Part shown: positions 43,101 to 51,745 of the stretch, in pieces | How positions within the stretch are numbered: position 1 is the first letter of the stretch | Layout of the letters: every line of letters starts with the position of its first letter | Origin: Oscillospiraceae bacterium | Lineage (GTDB): Bacteria > Bacillota > Clostridia > Oscillospirales > JAAYXM01 | DNA length: 64,000 nt | Reading direction: 5' to 3' | Assembly: GCA_017421025.1 (NCBI GenBank) | Contig: JAFQME010000024.1 | Location: forward strand, 2,820-66,819 | Notes under the pieces: generated by a model | The model's database searches: none | Told to the model about the DNA's origin: nothing | Seen by the model: the letters and a program-made list of their open reading frames with translations, nothing else | Made by a program: the position numbers and the translations under genes

Positions 43101-44650
43101 TCGGGGACCATGTCGGCATCCCGATACCAAAGCGCCCAGTGATTGTAGTAGGAAATATACATGTGGCGGCGGTAGGCGGTGCCGTAGCCGAGGTACATTT
43201 GGTAGGTTTCGTTTGTGACATAGCCGAAGCCATCGTCCACACCCCAACCGTGGATGCCTTCGTTTACCACGTTGCCTTTCAGGTCGAGATGCTCATCCTT
43301 TTCGGGAAAGGAACTATTGGTTAAGTACTCTGCGCCGTCTTTTTTTGCTTTTTCATAGTCAAACCAGCCGTGCTCGTTGATGCCGGCTTGGTAGAATTTC
43401 GCAAAGTCGTTTGACGGGAAGCGGCGCCTACAGTTCGGGCATTGGATTTTCCACGGGAAGTTTACCACATCGAATGTCCACGCATAGAACTCGCCTGTGT
43501 GTTCCATGGTATTGACGCCGCAGTAATGACAGTTGTAGAGTTCCGGGTCCCAGCGTGTGGTGACATGGATGCCACGGGGCAAATCCTGCGAGGTGATGAG
43601 ATTCCACGCCCAGTCCCAATCATCCACGTATTCGTCTGCGGTCCAAAATGCGATTTGCGCCTCTTCTTTTGCCCAGGAATAATTCTTGATATTCTCCTGT
43701 GCGGCGGTGCGCTTTTCCTCGGTGATGTAGGTGGGGCGGGTTTTGGTGGTGCTTCCCGACGGGGTGTCGGGGGTGGCTGCACCTGCGACCGAGACCGGAA
43801 TCACGATTCCGCCTTTGGATGTGCCTTTGGTGCCGGAAAGATAGACCGAGGCGGTCCCGGCGGCAAGCCCCTTGACTGTGAGGGTGCTGCCCCGGACGGT
43901 TGCAGCTGCAACCGTGGGGGTCTGGGCAATCACGGTGAGAGAGTCAAGTTCGGGCAGGGTGAGGGTTTTCTCTTCGTCGATGTCAAGGGTGATGGAATCA
44001 AAATTCACATCCAGCCAGTCCCCTGCGGTTGGGGTAAGTGTGAGTGCGCTCACCCACTGGGCCACCTGGGTTTGACCCTCGGAGATTTTCATGAGGAACG
44101 TGTAATCACCTGCCGGCAGTGCGACCGAGGCAAGTGTTGCGGTTTGTTGGTAGAGGAGTTCTTCGGTTTTGGTGTGAAACTGACCCAGGTAATATTCTTC
44201 TGCCATGGGGTCTTCTGCACCCACCGGTGCGAGGTAGGCGTCGAATTTACCGCCGTTGGTGACCCCTGCAAAGGTGACGGTGGGGGTGAAGTAGCCGCTT
44301 GTTGCGGTACGCACGGTCCAGCCCACCCATTCGCCCGAGTCCCCAATGAAGTAGGGACCGAATTCGGGCAGGTTGGCAGAGGAGGAGACCCAACTCCAGC
44401 TGGCACCTGCTGAGGTGCCGTAGTAGATAAACGGGTCGGTGATGTAATTCATGTGGTTTGAGGAAGAGTTTTCCCAACCCCAGGTGGTGACCTGGTTTGG
44501 CTGGTATGCCGCAGTGGACCAACTTCCTGTGCGCAAGCGCATGAAATTGAAATGATATTTGGTTGAGGTGTCAGCTTGCACTGCAACTGCGGAGAGCAGC
44601 GAGAGCAGGATGGCAAGGACTGAAAGAAACACAAAAATTCGCTTTTTCAT
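40181..44650 (-). CDS. Large secreted multidomain protein, heparinase II/III-like (paralog 1)
   Basis: 1,489 aa from ATG 44650 (SD AAGGGAG). Signal peptide MKKRIFVFLSVLAILLSLLSAVAVQA. Contains an N-terminal beta-sandwich-like region, a Big_2-like Ig domain (TVKGLAAGTASVYLSG), a 4-Cys motif (CHYCG...CPNCRR), a heparinase II/III-like block (NHGHPAVLNIGMDAFGIPMLSDFGYPE) and a C-terminal shared module. The track start 45088 is a read-through into paralog 2. Confidence 0.85.
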   Translation of the reverse strand: MKKRIFVFLSVLAILLSLLSAVAVQADTSTKYHFNFMRLRTGSWSTAAYQPNQVTTWGWENSSSNHMNYITDPFIYYGTSAGASWSWVSSSANLPEFGPYFIGDSGEWVGWTVRTATSGYFTPTVTFAGVTNGGKFDAYLAPVGAEDPMAEEYYLGQFHTKTEELLYQQTATLASVALPAGDYTFLMKISEGQTQVAQWVSALTLTPTAGDWLDVNFDSITLDIDEEKTLTLPELDSLTVIAQTPTVAAATVRGSTLTVKGLAAGTASVYLSGTKGTSKGGIVIPVSVAGAATPDTPSGSTTKTRPTYITEEKRTAAQENIKNYSWAKEEAQIAFWTADEYVDDWDWAWNLITSQDLPRGIHVTTRWDPELYNCHYCGVNTMEHTGEFYAWTFDVVNFPWKIQCPNCRRRFPSNDFAKFYQAGINEHGWFDYEKAKKDGAEYLTNSSFPEKDEHLDLKGNVVNEGIHGWGVDDGFGYVTNETYQMYLGYGTAYRRHMYISYYNHWALWYRDADMVPEGGKITQILDALGKAYAYTGDLKYGRVGAIMMDRIADVYPDMYVSDYFPTLSNSDFNTARGRIVGGIWETALARDLCMYYDYFYPAFDDAEVVNYLASKASTYSLADARGAHGSALEGKGGVGNDKSTPAKIRSNIENGLLRGVLNGVRVENEIYGNNGMHQSTVAMAAVVLDSASETPSHLSWVMGSGGSITSSLLSTINRDGQGEEAAPGYSNTWVNSYSAIVDAVDSYDGYSGANLYAYPKFVKLLKTNFPLTLCRNGTAPIGDSGGFANNEFALSTDRLATAFLRTGDVEIGQYLYFLNGNKSTGIKGDIFTSGSDLAGDVQTIIDKHGEYPFDESDAMTGSFGFYALRDGTKNSTTNTQRDFWMYFGRTTNHGHPAVLNIGMDAFGIPMLSDFGYPESTSGTPRTLNWDRSTIIHNTVQVNNTKQLAVTSGTALNFDGNNDGRVQVMDARNTAAYSATSEFRRTTVMVDYDDTVSYGVDFFRVRGGTTHTFALHPASKTAPTAEGLTFTKQASGTYAGEGIAYGNFSQASGYDGFYDVSHATPSGVYSLDYKIENFRNFPTIGAAPYLALQPRLKITQLSDFTPDLVSIASAEPPKTYNNPSKVSSMLVKRTGSNLDSLFTTVLQPYDKTPYIAKSEVVPVVKLAGSAAATDKAYAIKVTMTNGRVDYIVYATNGAVTYRVDDKFDFQGFVGVMTYENGLNTYHYLLDGTKIGDTAAIKQYTGTVRTFTKTLSFQNSITVTPDSEMDLDDITGRYVYINNKAHSYKIEAAAKNADGTYTLEIGDFSLVTGSSSYEIAAGQNFSIPLSKEYNYTPVEVQTVNGAQIRTTGAQGLRFISTIDKTNPAFANVVEFGTVLIPTADLTDLSELTIGATLNGHTVAKVPAVNLYADDAETVTFTAVITNIAEKNYAREYTARAYAIMENGSVVYGDTSASRSVYGIAKKALELGAESEETLALFQTIVDSVEGT

Positions 44651-44712
44651 ACCAAAATCTCCCTTCTTGTTTGGATACTTTGATTGTAGCATGGAATCGG
44701 ACTTTTCGCAAT

Positions 44713-44746
44713 AAAAAAGAGAGAGTTGAAACTCTCTCTCTTTTTG
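44713..44746 (-). terminator. Rho-independent terminator between the two paralogs
   Basis: aaaaaagagagagtt-gaa-aactctctctcttttt. Confidence 0.8.
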
Positions 44747-44759
44747 TTGATGTGATGGA

Positions 44760-47700
44760 TCATTCCCAGGGCCACGATGCGTCGTTGTCGCCGTAGTAGT
44801 TTTCGACCGCATCCACGATGTAGGCGAAGAGTGCGAGGATTTCTTCGCTCTCTGTGCCCACCTCAAGGCCTTTCTTTGCGACCGCATAGACCGAGCGGGA
44901 GGCGGAGGTGTCGCCGTAGACGACGCTTCCGTTCTCCATGATGGCATAGGCTCGGGCGGTGTATTCACGAGCAAAGTTTTTCTGTGCAATGTTGGTGATG
45001 ACCGCAGTGAAGGTGATGGTGCTTTCGTCCTCTGCGTAGATGTTCTTTGCCGGGACTTTTGCGACCGTGTGACCCTTGAGGGTCGCACCGATTTTCAGGT
45101 CGGAGAGTTGATCAAGGTCTGCGGTGGGGATGAGGACTGTACCGTATTCCACCACATTTTCAAAGTCCACAGCGGATTTGTCGATGGTGGAGATGAAGCG
45201 CAACCCTTGCGCACCCGTGGTACGGATCTGTGCACCGTTGACCGTTTTTAACTCGACCGGCTTGTACTCATACTCTTTGCTGACCGGGATGGTAAAGGAG
45301 TTTCCTGCTGCGATCTCGTAGGAGGAAGTTCCTGTGACGAGGGAGAAATCGCCGATGTCGAAGGTATAGGTGCCGTCCGCATTTTCGGTGGCATTTTTGA
45401 TCTGGTAGGAGTGCGTATTGCCGTTTACAAACATGTAGCGGCCACGGACCTCGTCTACATCAATCGGGGTATTCGAGGTGACGGTGATGGAGTTGTCAAA
45501 CGACAGGGTCTTGGTGAAGTCACGCACTGTGCCGGAATACTGGGTATAGTGGGTAAGGTCGCCGATACGAGTGCCATGCGAGAGGTAGGAGTAGGTGTTG
45601 ATGCCGTCCTCATAGGTCATGACGCCAACAAAACCGCAGAAATCGAATTTGTCGTCCACACGGTAGGTGACCGTATTGTTGGTGGCATAGACGATGTAAT
45701 CGACTCGTCCGTTTTTCATGGTGACCTTGACTGCGTACGCCTTATCGGTGGAGGCGGGAGTTCCGCTCATGAGCGTGATCGGTACGACTTCGCTTTTTGC
45801 GATATACGGGGTGGTGTCATACGGCTGAAGCACGGTGGTGAAGAGGGAATCCAGGCTGCTTCCCGTGCGTTTGACCAACAGGGATTTTACCATCGACGGG
45901 TTTCCGCTGTTTTTCGGAGGCTCTGCCGAGGCGATGGAGACTTGCGTCGGGGTAAAGTCGGACAGCTGGGTGATTTTGAGGTGCGGGTTGGCTGCACCGG
46001 TGTTAAAGCTACGGAAATTGTTGATTTTATAGTCCAAACTATACACACCCGACGGGGTAGCATGGGATACGTCGTAGAAGCCGTCATACCCGCTTGTCTT
46101 CGCATAGTTTCCGTATGCAACACCCGGACCTGCATAGGTGCCGCTTGTCTGTTTGGTGAAGGTCAGACCCTCGGCTGTCGGCTCGGTGTTGGAGACCGGA
46201 TGGAGGGCGAAGGTATGGGTGTTTCCGCCTGTGACACGGAAGAAATCCACACCGTAGCTGACCGATTCGTCAAAATCCACCATGACCGTGGTGCGGCGGA
46301 ATTCGCTGGTTGCCGAGTAGGCAGCGGTGTTGCGTGCGTCCATGATCTGGACTCTGCCGTTGTTGTCTCCGTCAAAGTGGAGTGCGGTACCGGTTGTGAC
46401 CTCACTCTGCGGTGTATCGTTGACTTGCACCGTGTTGTGAATGATGGTGGAGGTATCCCAGTTTAAGGTACGGGGGATTCCAAGGGTGTTTTCCGGATAA
46501 CCAAAGTCACTCAGCATCGGGACACCGTAGGCATCCATGCCGATATTGAGTACTGCGGGATGGCCGTGGTTGGTGGTGCGCCCGAAGTACATCCAGAAAT
46601 CACGCTGGGTGTTTTTTGTGTCGGTGAGGGTACCGTCACGAAGTGCATAGAAGGAGAAAGAGCCTGTCATGGCATCAGATTCGTCAAACGGATATTCGCC
46701 GTGGGTATCGATGATTTTTTTGATCTCGCTTGCAAGGTCGGTTGCAGGGGTGAAGATATCCGCCTGAATGCCGTACGGCGAGTTGCCGTTTAAGAAATAG
46801 AGGAACTGGCCGATTTCCACGTCCTTGGTTTGCAGGAAGGTGGGGATGAGGCGGCTCGCCGCAACGTTGATCGTCTTGTTCGCAAGACAGCCCGAGTCAC
46901 CGATCGGGGCGGTGCCGCTGCGTATCAGGGTGAGCGGGAGATTGGTCTTAACGAGTTTTACGAATTTTGGGTTATCGTAAAGACTTGCGCCCGAATATCC
47001 GTCGTAGGATTCCAGCGCATCCACAATGCCTGAGTAAGAAGAAATCCAGGTGTCCGAATAGCCCGGAGCCGCCTCGTCGCCCTGGCCGTCACGGTTGATG
47101 GTGGAGAGAAGGTCGCTTGTGACGTTGCCGCCCGAGCCCATGACCCAATTTAAGGTATCGGTGGTTTCGGTGGGGGAGTCGAGCACCACCGCCGCCATGG
47201 TTGCGGTGGATTGGTGCATGCCCTGGTTACCGTAGATTTTATTCTCTACACGGACGCCGTCGATGATTTCACGGAGCAGTCCGTTTTCGATGTTTTGGCG
47301 GATGAGCTTCGGGGTGGATTTGTTATTGCCGACACCGCCTGCGGTGTCGTTGCGTGCATCGGAAAGCGAGTAGGTCTCTGCCTTGGCGGCGAGGTATTTC
47401 ACCACTTCCGCATCGTCGTATGCGGGGAAGAAGAAGTCGTAATACATGGCAAGATCACGTGCCATGCCGGTTTCCCAAATGCCGCCCACGATTCTGCCGC
47501 GTGGAGTGCCGAAGTCCGAGTTTAAGAAGAGCGGGAAGTACTCGCCAACGTACATATCCGGGTAGACGTCTGCAATGCGGTCGAGCATGATCGCACCCGC
47601 ACGTCCGTATTTTAAGTCACCGGTGTAGACGTAGGCATGACCCAGCGCACCCAGGATGTTGCGCACCGAGCCGCCGTACCAGACCGCCCAGTGGTTGTAA

Positions 47701-49169
47701 TATGCAATGTAGGAATGGATGCGGTTTTGCGCCGCATAGCCTGCTTGCGGGATGATTTTTTCCGAGAGGACATAGCCGTAGCCGTCATCTACGCCCCAAC
47801 CCGTACCTTTTTCCGGATAGAGGTCGTTGGTCAAATACTTTGCACCGTCGGTTTTTGCCTTTTGATAATCAAACCAGCCGTGCTCGTTGATGCCTGCCTC
47901 ATAGAATTTCGAAAAGTCATTGGACGGGAATTCACGGGCGCAGGCGGGGCACTTGATCTTCCAAGGAGAATTTACCACATCGTACAGCCATGGATAGAAC
48001 TGAGACGTGTACTCGGAGAGGTTGGTCCCACAGTAGTGGCAGTTGTACATATCCGGGTCGTTTCTGCCGGTGACTACGGCGCCACGGGGCAGGTCCTGTG
48101 AAGTGATGAAGTTCCAAAGCCAGTCCCAATCATCCACGAATCTGTTGGCAGCGGTAATCATGTTCTGCGCCTGAGACTTCGCCCAATCGTATTTTTTGAT
48201 ATTCTCCTGCGCTGCCGCACGTTTTTGCTCGGTGATGTAGGTTGTGCGGGTCTTGATGGCAACGTTTTCACTCGGGATTGCAGTCGCACCTGTGACCGTG
48301 ACCGGAATCACAGATCCGCCCCGGTAACTGCCCTTGGTGCCGAATACATAAACCGAAGCGGTGCCGGTTGCGTTGGCTTGAATGGTGATGCTGTTTCCGA
48401 CTCTAACTGCGGTTGCAACGCTCGGGTTTTGTGAAATCACGGTATAGGTGTCCCAATCGGAGGGGAGGGCAACGGTCGCAGTCGGGGTCTCTTCCTTATT
48501 CAGAGAGACCGCATCAAACGTGACGTCCAGCCAATCCCCTGCGGTCGGGGTCAAGGTGACCGCACTGACCCATTGAGTGGCCGAGGACTGACCCTCGGAG
48601 ATTTTCATGATAAAGGAGTAATCACCTGCGGGAAGTGCGACCGTGTTCATGGTGGCGTTCTGCTGATAGGTGACTTTGGAGGCGTAGGTGTTCATCTGAC
48701 CGATGTAATACTCCTCTGCCATCGGGTCGGATACACCGATGGGAGCGAGGTAGACATCGAAGTTACCGCCGTTGGAAACACCTGCGAAGGTGACAGAGGG
48801 GATGAAGTAGCCGCTCGTTGCGGTGCGCAACGTCCAGCCAACCCATTCGCCCGGAGTGCCTGTGAAGTAGGGGCCGAATTCAGGCAGGTTTGCAGAGGCG
48901 GGCTGCCATGACCAGGTTGCGCCCTCGCTTTTCCCAAAGAAGCGGTAGGGGGCGGTGGCATAGTTGTGGAAGTTTTCCGAAAGTTCCTCCCAACCCCACG
49001 AGGTGACCTGATGCGGATGGTAGGCGGAATTCGACCACTCCCCGTAGCGCAGGCGCATGAAGTTGAACTGATACGAGGTTTCGGTGTCTGCCGTGACCGC
49101 AAAGGTTGAGGGGAGCAATGCGAGGGTCATGACAAGGACAAGAAGAAGTGCTGAAAGTCGCTTTTTCAT
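44760..49169 (-). CDS. Large secreted multidomain protein, heparinase II/III-like (paralog 2)
   Basis: 1,469 aa. Signal peptide MKKRLSALLLVLVMTLALLPSTFAV. Collinear with paralog 1 throughout: same CHYCG...CPACAREFPSNDF motif, NHGHPAVLNIGMDAYGVPMLSDFGYPE block and C-terminal module. Confidence 0.9.
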   Translation of the reverse strand: MKKRLSALLLVLVMTLALLPSTFAVTADTETSYQFNFMRLRYGEWSNSAYHPHQVTSWGWEELSENFHNYATAPYRFFGKSEGATWSWQPASANLPEFGPYFTGTPGEWVGWTLRTATSGYFIPSVTFAGVSNGGNFDVYLAPIGVSDPMAEEYYIGQMNTYASKVTYQQNATMNTVALPAGDYSFIMKISEGQSSATQWVSAVTLTPTAGDWLDVTFDAVSLNKEETPTATVALPSDWDTYTVISQNPSVATAVRVGNSITIQANATGTASVYVFGTKGSYRGGSVIPVTVTGATAIPSENVAIKTRTTYITEQKRAAAQENIKKYDWAKSQAQNMITAANRFVDDWDWLWNFITSQDLPRGAVVTGRNDPDMYNCHYCGTNLSEYTSQFYPWLYDVVNSPWKIKCPACAREFPSNDFSKFYEAGINEHGWFDYQKAKTDGAKYLTNDLYPEKGTGWGVDDGYGYVLSEKIIPQAGYAAQNRIHSYIAYYNHWAVWYGGSVRNILGALGHAYVYTGDLKYGRAGAIMLDRIADVYPDMYVGEYFPLFLNSDFGTPRGRIVGGIWETGMARDLAMYYDFFFPAYDDAEVVKYLAAKAETYSLSDARNDTAGGVGNNKSTPKLIRQNIENGLLREIIDGVRVENKIYGNQGMHQSTATMAAVVLDSPTETTDTLNWVMGSGGNVTSDLLSTINRDGQGDEAAPGYSDTWISSYSGIVDALESYDGYSGASLYDNPKFVKLVKTNLPLTLIRSGTAPIGDSGCLANKTINVAASRLIPTFLQTKDVEIGQFLYFLNGNSPYGIQADIFTPATDLASEIKKIIDTHGEYPFDESDAMTGSFSFYALRDGTLTDTKNTQRDFWMYFGRTTNHGHPAVLNIGMDAYGVPMLSDFGYPENTLGIPRTLNWDTSTIIHNTVQVNDTPQSEVTTGTALHFDGDNNGRVQIMDARNTAAYSATSEFRRTTVMVDFDESVSYGVDFFRVTGGNTHTFALHPVSNTEPTAEGLTFTKQTSGTYAGPGVAYGNYAKTSGYDGFYDVSHATPSGVYSLDYKINNFRSFNTGAANPHLKITQLSDFTPTQVSIASAEPPKNSGNPSMVKSLLVKRTGSSLDSLFTTVLQPYDTTPYIAKSEVVPITLMSGTPASTDKAYAVKVTMKNGRVDYIVYATNNTVTYRVDDKFDFCGFVGVMTYEDGINTYSYLSHGTRIGDLTHYTQYSGTVRDFTKTLSFDNSITVTSNTPIDVDEVRGRYMFVNGNTHSYQIKNATENADGTYTFDIGDFSLVTGTSSYEIAAGNSFTIPVSKEYEYKPVELKTVNGAQIRTTGAQGLRFISTIDKSAVDFENVVEYGTVLIPTADLDQLSDLKIGATLKGHTVAKVPAKNIYAEDESTITFTAVITNIAQKNFAREYTARAYAIMENGSVVYGDTSASRSVYAVAKKGLEVGTESEEILALFAYIVDAVENYYGDNDASWPWE

Positions 49170-49291
49170 GGTGATTCTCCTTTGATTTTACAGATAGAAT
49201 CATTCTAACATTTTGCGCTAAATTTTGCAACAAAAAAGTCTTGCGTGAGGGGGGTGTGGATGATACAATGGGCATGAAAGGACGTGAGGAA

Positions 49292-50512
49292 ATGAAAACG
49301 ATTCGATTTGCGGTGTGCGGTGCGGGCTGCCGTGGCACCGGTTTGACTTTGGATATTCTCTGCAATTTGGCAGATGTGGAAGTGTGCGGGGTGTTTGACC
49401 CGTATACCGATAAGGCAGAGCATCTTGCTGCGAAAGTGGCGGAAAAACGAGGGGTTGCACCTAAGGTGTATGCATCCGCAGAAGCGTTGTTTGATGCTGA
49501 AAAACCCGATGCGGCGCTGGTTTCCACGAGTTGGGAAGCGCATATCCCGGTGACTCTTTTGGCGTTGGAAAAGGGAATTGCGGTTGCAATGGAAGTGGGC
49601 TCGGTCTATGACGAGGGTGAGTGCCGTGCGCTCATCGAGACATGGGAGCGGACCCGGACCCCGTTTATGTTGATGGAAAACTGCTGCTTCGGGAAAGACG
49701 AACTGTTTGCAACCGCACTTTACCGTGCGGGTGTTTTGGGCGAGGCGGTGTACTGCCACGGTGCGTATATGCACGATTTGAGAGAAGAGGTTTCCTACGG
49801 GGGAAAAAACCGTCATTATCGCTTGGGAGAATACTCGACCCGCAACCGTGACAACTACCCCACCCACGATTTGGGACCGATTGCAAAGCTTCTCGGCATC
49901 AACCGAGGAAACCGCATGGTGAGCCTGGTTTCCCGCTCAAGTGCAGCGAAAGGGCTTTCTGCATATCTTGAAACGAGAGACGATTTGCCCGAGCTTCAGG
50001 GGAGAGTGTTCCGACAGGGCGATATTGTCGAAACCCTGATTACCTGTGAAAACGGGGAACTCATTTCCCTGCGGCTGGATACCACGCTTCCGACCTACTA
50101 TTCGAGAGAATTCACGGTGCGTGGGACCAAGGGGTTGTATGAGCAGACCACCAATCTTGTGATGACAGACGAGGATTTGGAGCATGATTTTGAGCCGTTG
50201 GTCACGATGAGAGCACGGTTGGGCAATGCGGAACAGTATTATGATAAGTATTTGCCCAAAGTGTGGAAAGACATCACACCCGAGGAGATTGAAGCGGGAC
50301 ACGGCGGGATGGACACCATTGAATTCCGTGTGTTCTGCGACTGCTTGAAAGAGGGGCGTGAAATGCCCATTGATGTCTATGATGCGGCGGCGTGGATGTG
50401 CATTGCATATCTTTCGGAAGAGTCGATTCGGACCGGAAAAGAAGTTCCCATCCCGGATTTCACGAATGGGGCATACAAGACCAGACCGATTCAAGATGTC
50501 ATCGAACTGTAA
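49292..50512 (+). CDS. Gfo/Idh/MocA-family oxidoreductase
   Basis: 406 aa from ATG 49292. MKTIRFAVCGAGCRGTG Rossmann start. Later EVGSVYDEGEC / MLMENCCF. Confidence 0.8.
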   Translation: MKTIRFAVCGAGCRGTGLTLDILCNLADVEVCGVFDPYTDKAEHLAAKVAEKRGVAPKVYASAEALFDAEKPDAALVSTSWEAHIPVTLLALEKGIAVAMEVGSVYDEGECRALIETWERTRTPFMLMENCCFGKDELFATALYRAGVLGEAVYCHGAYMHDLREEVSYGGKNRHYRLGEYSTRNRDNYPTHDLGPIAKLLGINRGNRMVSLVSRSSAAKGLSAYLETRDDLPELQGRVFRQGDIVETLITCENGELISLRLDTTLPTYYSREFTVRGTKGLYEQTTNLVMTDEDLEHDFEPLVTMRARLGNAEQYYDKYLPKVWKDITPEEIEAGHGGMDTIEFRVFCDCLKEGREMPIDVYDAAAWMCIAYLSEESIRTGKEVPIPDFTNGAYKTRPIQDVIEL

Positions 50513-50524
50513 GGAGGGACTGGG

Positions 50525-51745
50525 ATGAAGAAGATTCTGGCGATGTTACTCGCTGTTCTGATGCTCTCGGGATGCGTTGCGAGCATCGGAGACGCAGAGA
50601 TGAAAGCGGACGGAACGGGAAGCTGCACTGTGCAGGTCGGGTATAGCGAAGCGGCGGTGGAACAGACCAGGAAGTTTTTGGAAGAAAACGAGGGCGACAC
50701 TACCGGATTCGACGCAGAATTCGAGACACTGAAGCCTTTTGTTTTCGACGGGATTAAGTTTTACGGGGAAGAAGTCAACTTTGCCTTTGAGGATCCGGCG
50801 GAACTTGCGGATACCCTCAATGCCATCCACGGACTGGAAAACAGTACGGTGGATATTGGACGATTTGTTTTCGAGCAAGAGGGCGAAACTCTTACACTGA
50901 GTTTGACTGTGCAAGAGAGTACCGGTAAGATATCGAACGAAGCGATGGAAGTGGATCCCGAAATGGAGGAGATGCTGGAAGATGTGCGCCTTGTTTACAC
51001 CTTCCGATTCTTTGATAAGTTGGAGCAGACATCGGGCAGAAAACTGGATGCATTCAAAATCGAGGACAATACCCTCACCATTGATTACATCAAACTTGCC
51101 GAGCAGGCAAAGGAGGATGAGGAAACCTTCTCGTTTACCGTTTCGAATGCGAACATCCCGACAGCGAAGAGTGCAAGTTTCCCGGATGTCAAGCAGGACG
51201 ACTGGTTTTATGACAATGTCATTTCCATGGCAAATGCCGGGTTGATCGTGGGTCGTGAAAACGGGATGTTCTGCCCGCAGGATCAGATGACAAAGGCGGA
51301 GTTTATTACGGTTGCGGTGCGCACGTATCTTGGCGAAGCGAGAGAAAATCTGCTCTTCGGCAAGGAAGATCCGTGGTGGGACAAATACTATACTGCGGCG
51401 GTGAGCGGATGGCTCATTGAGGAAGAACTCTTCCCACGTGAGAAGATGGATCTTCCGCTTACCCGCGAAGAGATGGCGCAGATCGCACTGGATCTGATTG
51501 TGGAAAGCTATGTGGACAAGGAGCTGGATACTTACACGGCATATGAAAAAATTCCGGACCGTGCCGAGGTGGACGAAGCGTTTAAGGAAGCGGTGGCATA
51601 CTGCTATGCGGACGGGATTTTGCAGGGACGTGATGCGTCGGGCGCATTCCAGCCCAAGGCGCATATGACCCGTGCGGAGGCGTCCACCGTAATGAGTCGT
51701 GTGTTGGAGAGAATTGCAGATGCAAATGAAGAAGATTCTTACTAA
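50525..51745 (+). CDS. Lipoprotein with C-terminal SLH domains
   Basis: 406 aa. Lipobox LMLSGC. SLH-like units: FPDVKQDDWFYDNVISMANAGLIVGRENGMFCPQDQMTKAEFITVAV, ...LTREEMAQIAL..., ...HMTRAEASTVMSRV. Confidence 0.85.
   Translation: MKKILAMLLAVLMLSGCVASIGDAEMKADGTGSCTVQVGYSEAAVEQTRKFLEENEGDTTGFDAEFETLKPFVFDGIKFYGEEVNFAFEDPAELADTLNAIHGLENSTVDIGRFVFEQEGETLTLSLTVQESTGKISNEAMEVDPEMEEMLEDVRLVYTFRFFDKLEQTSGRKLDAFKIEDNTLTIDYIKLAEQAKEDEETFSFTVSNANIPTAKSASFPDVKQDDWFYDNVISMANAGLIVGRENGMFCPQDQMTKAEFITVAVRTYLGEARENLLFGKEDPWWDKYYTAAVSGWLIEEELFPREKMDLPLTREEMAQIALDLIVESYVDKELDTYTAYEKIPDRAEVDEAFKEAVAYCYADGILQGRDASGAFQPKAHMTRAEASTVMSRVLERIADANEEDSY

Noticed and set aside
44651-45088. Upstream extensions of 40181..45088 and of 39367..40425
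   Set aside because: Both extensions run in alternative frames through the 3' end of the neighbouring gene and across a terminator hairpin. The signal-peptide or TM start with an SD defines the true starts at 44650 and 40089.
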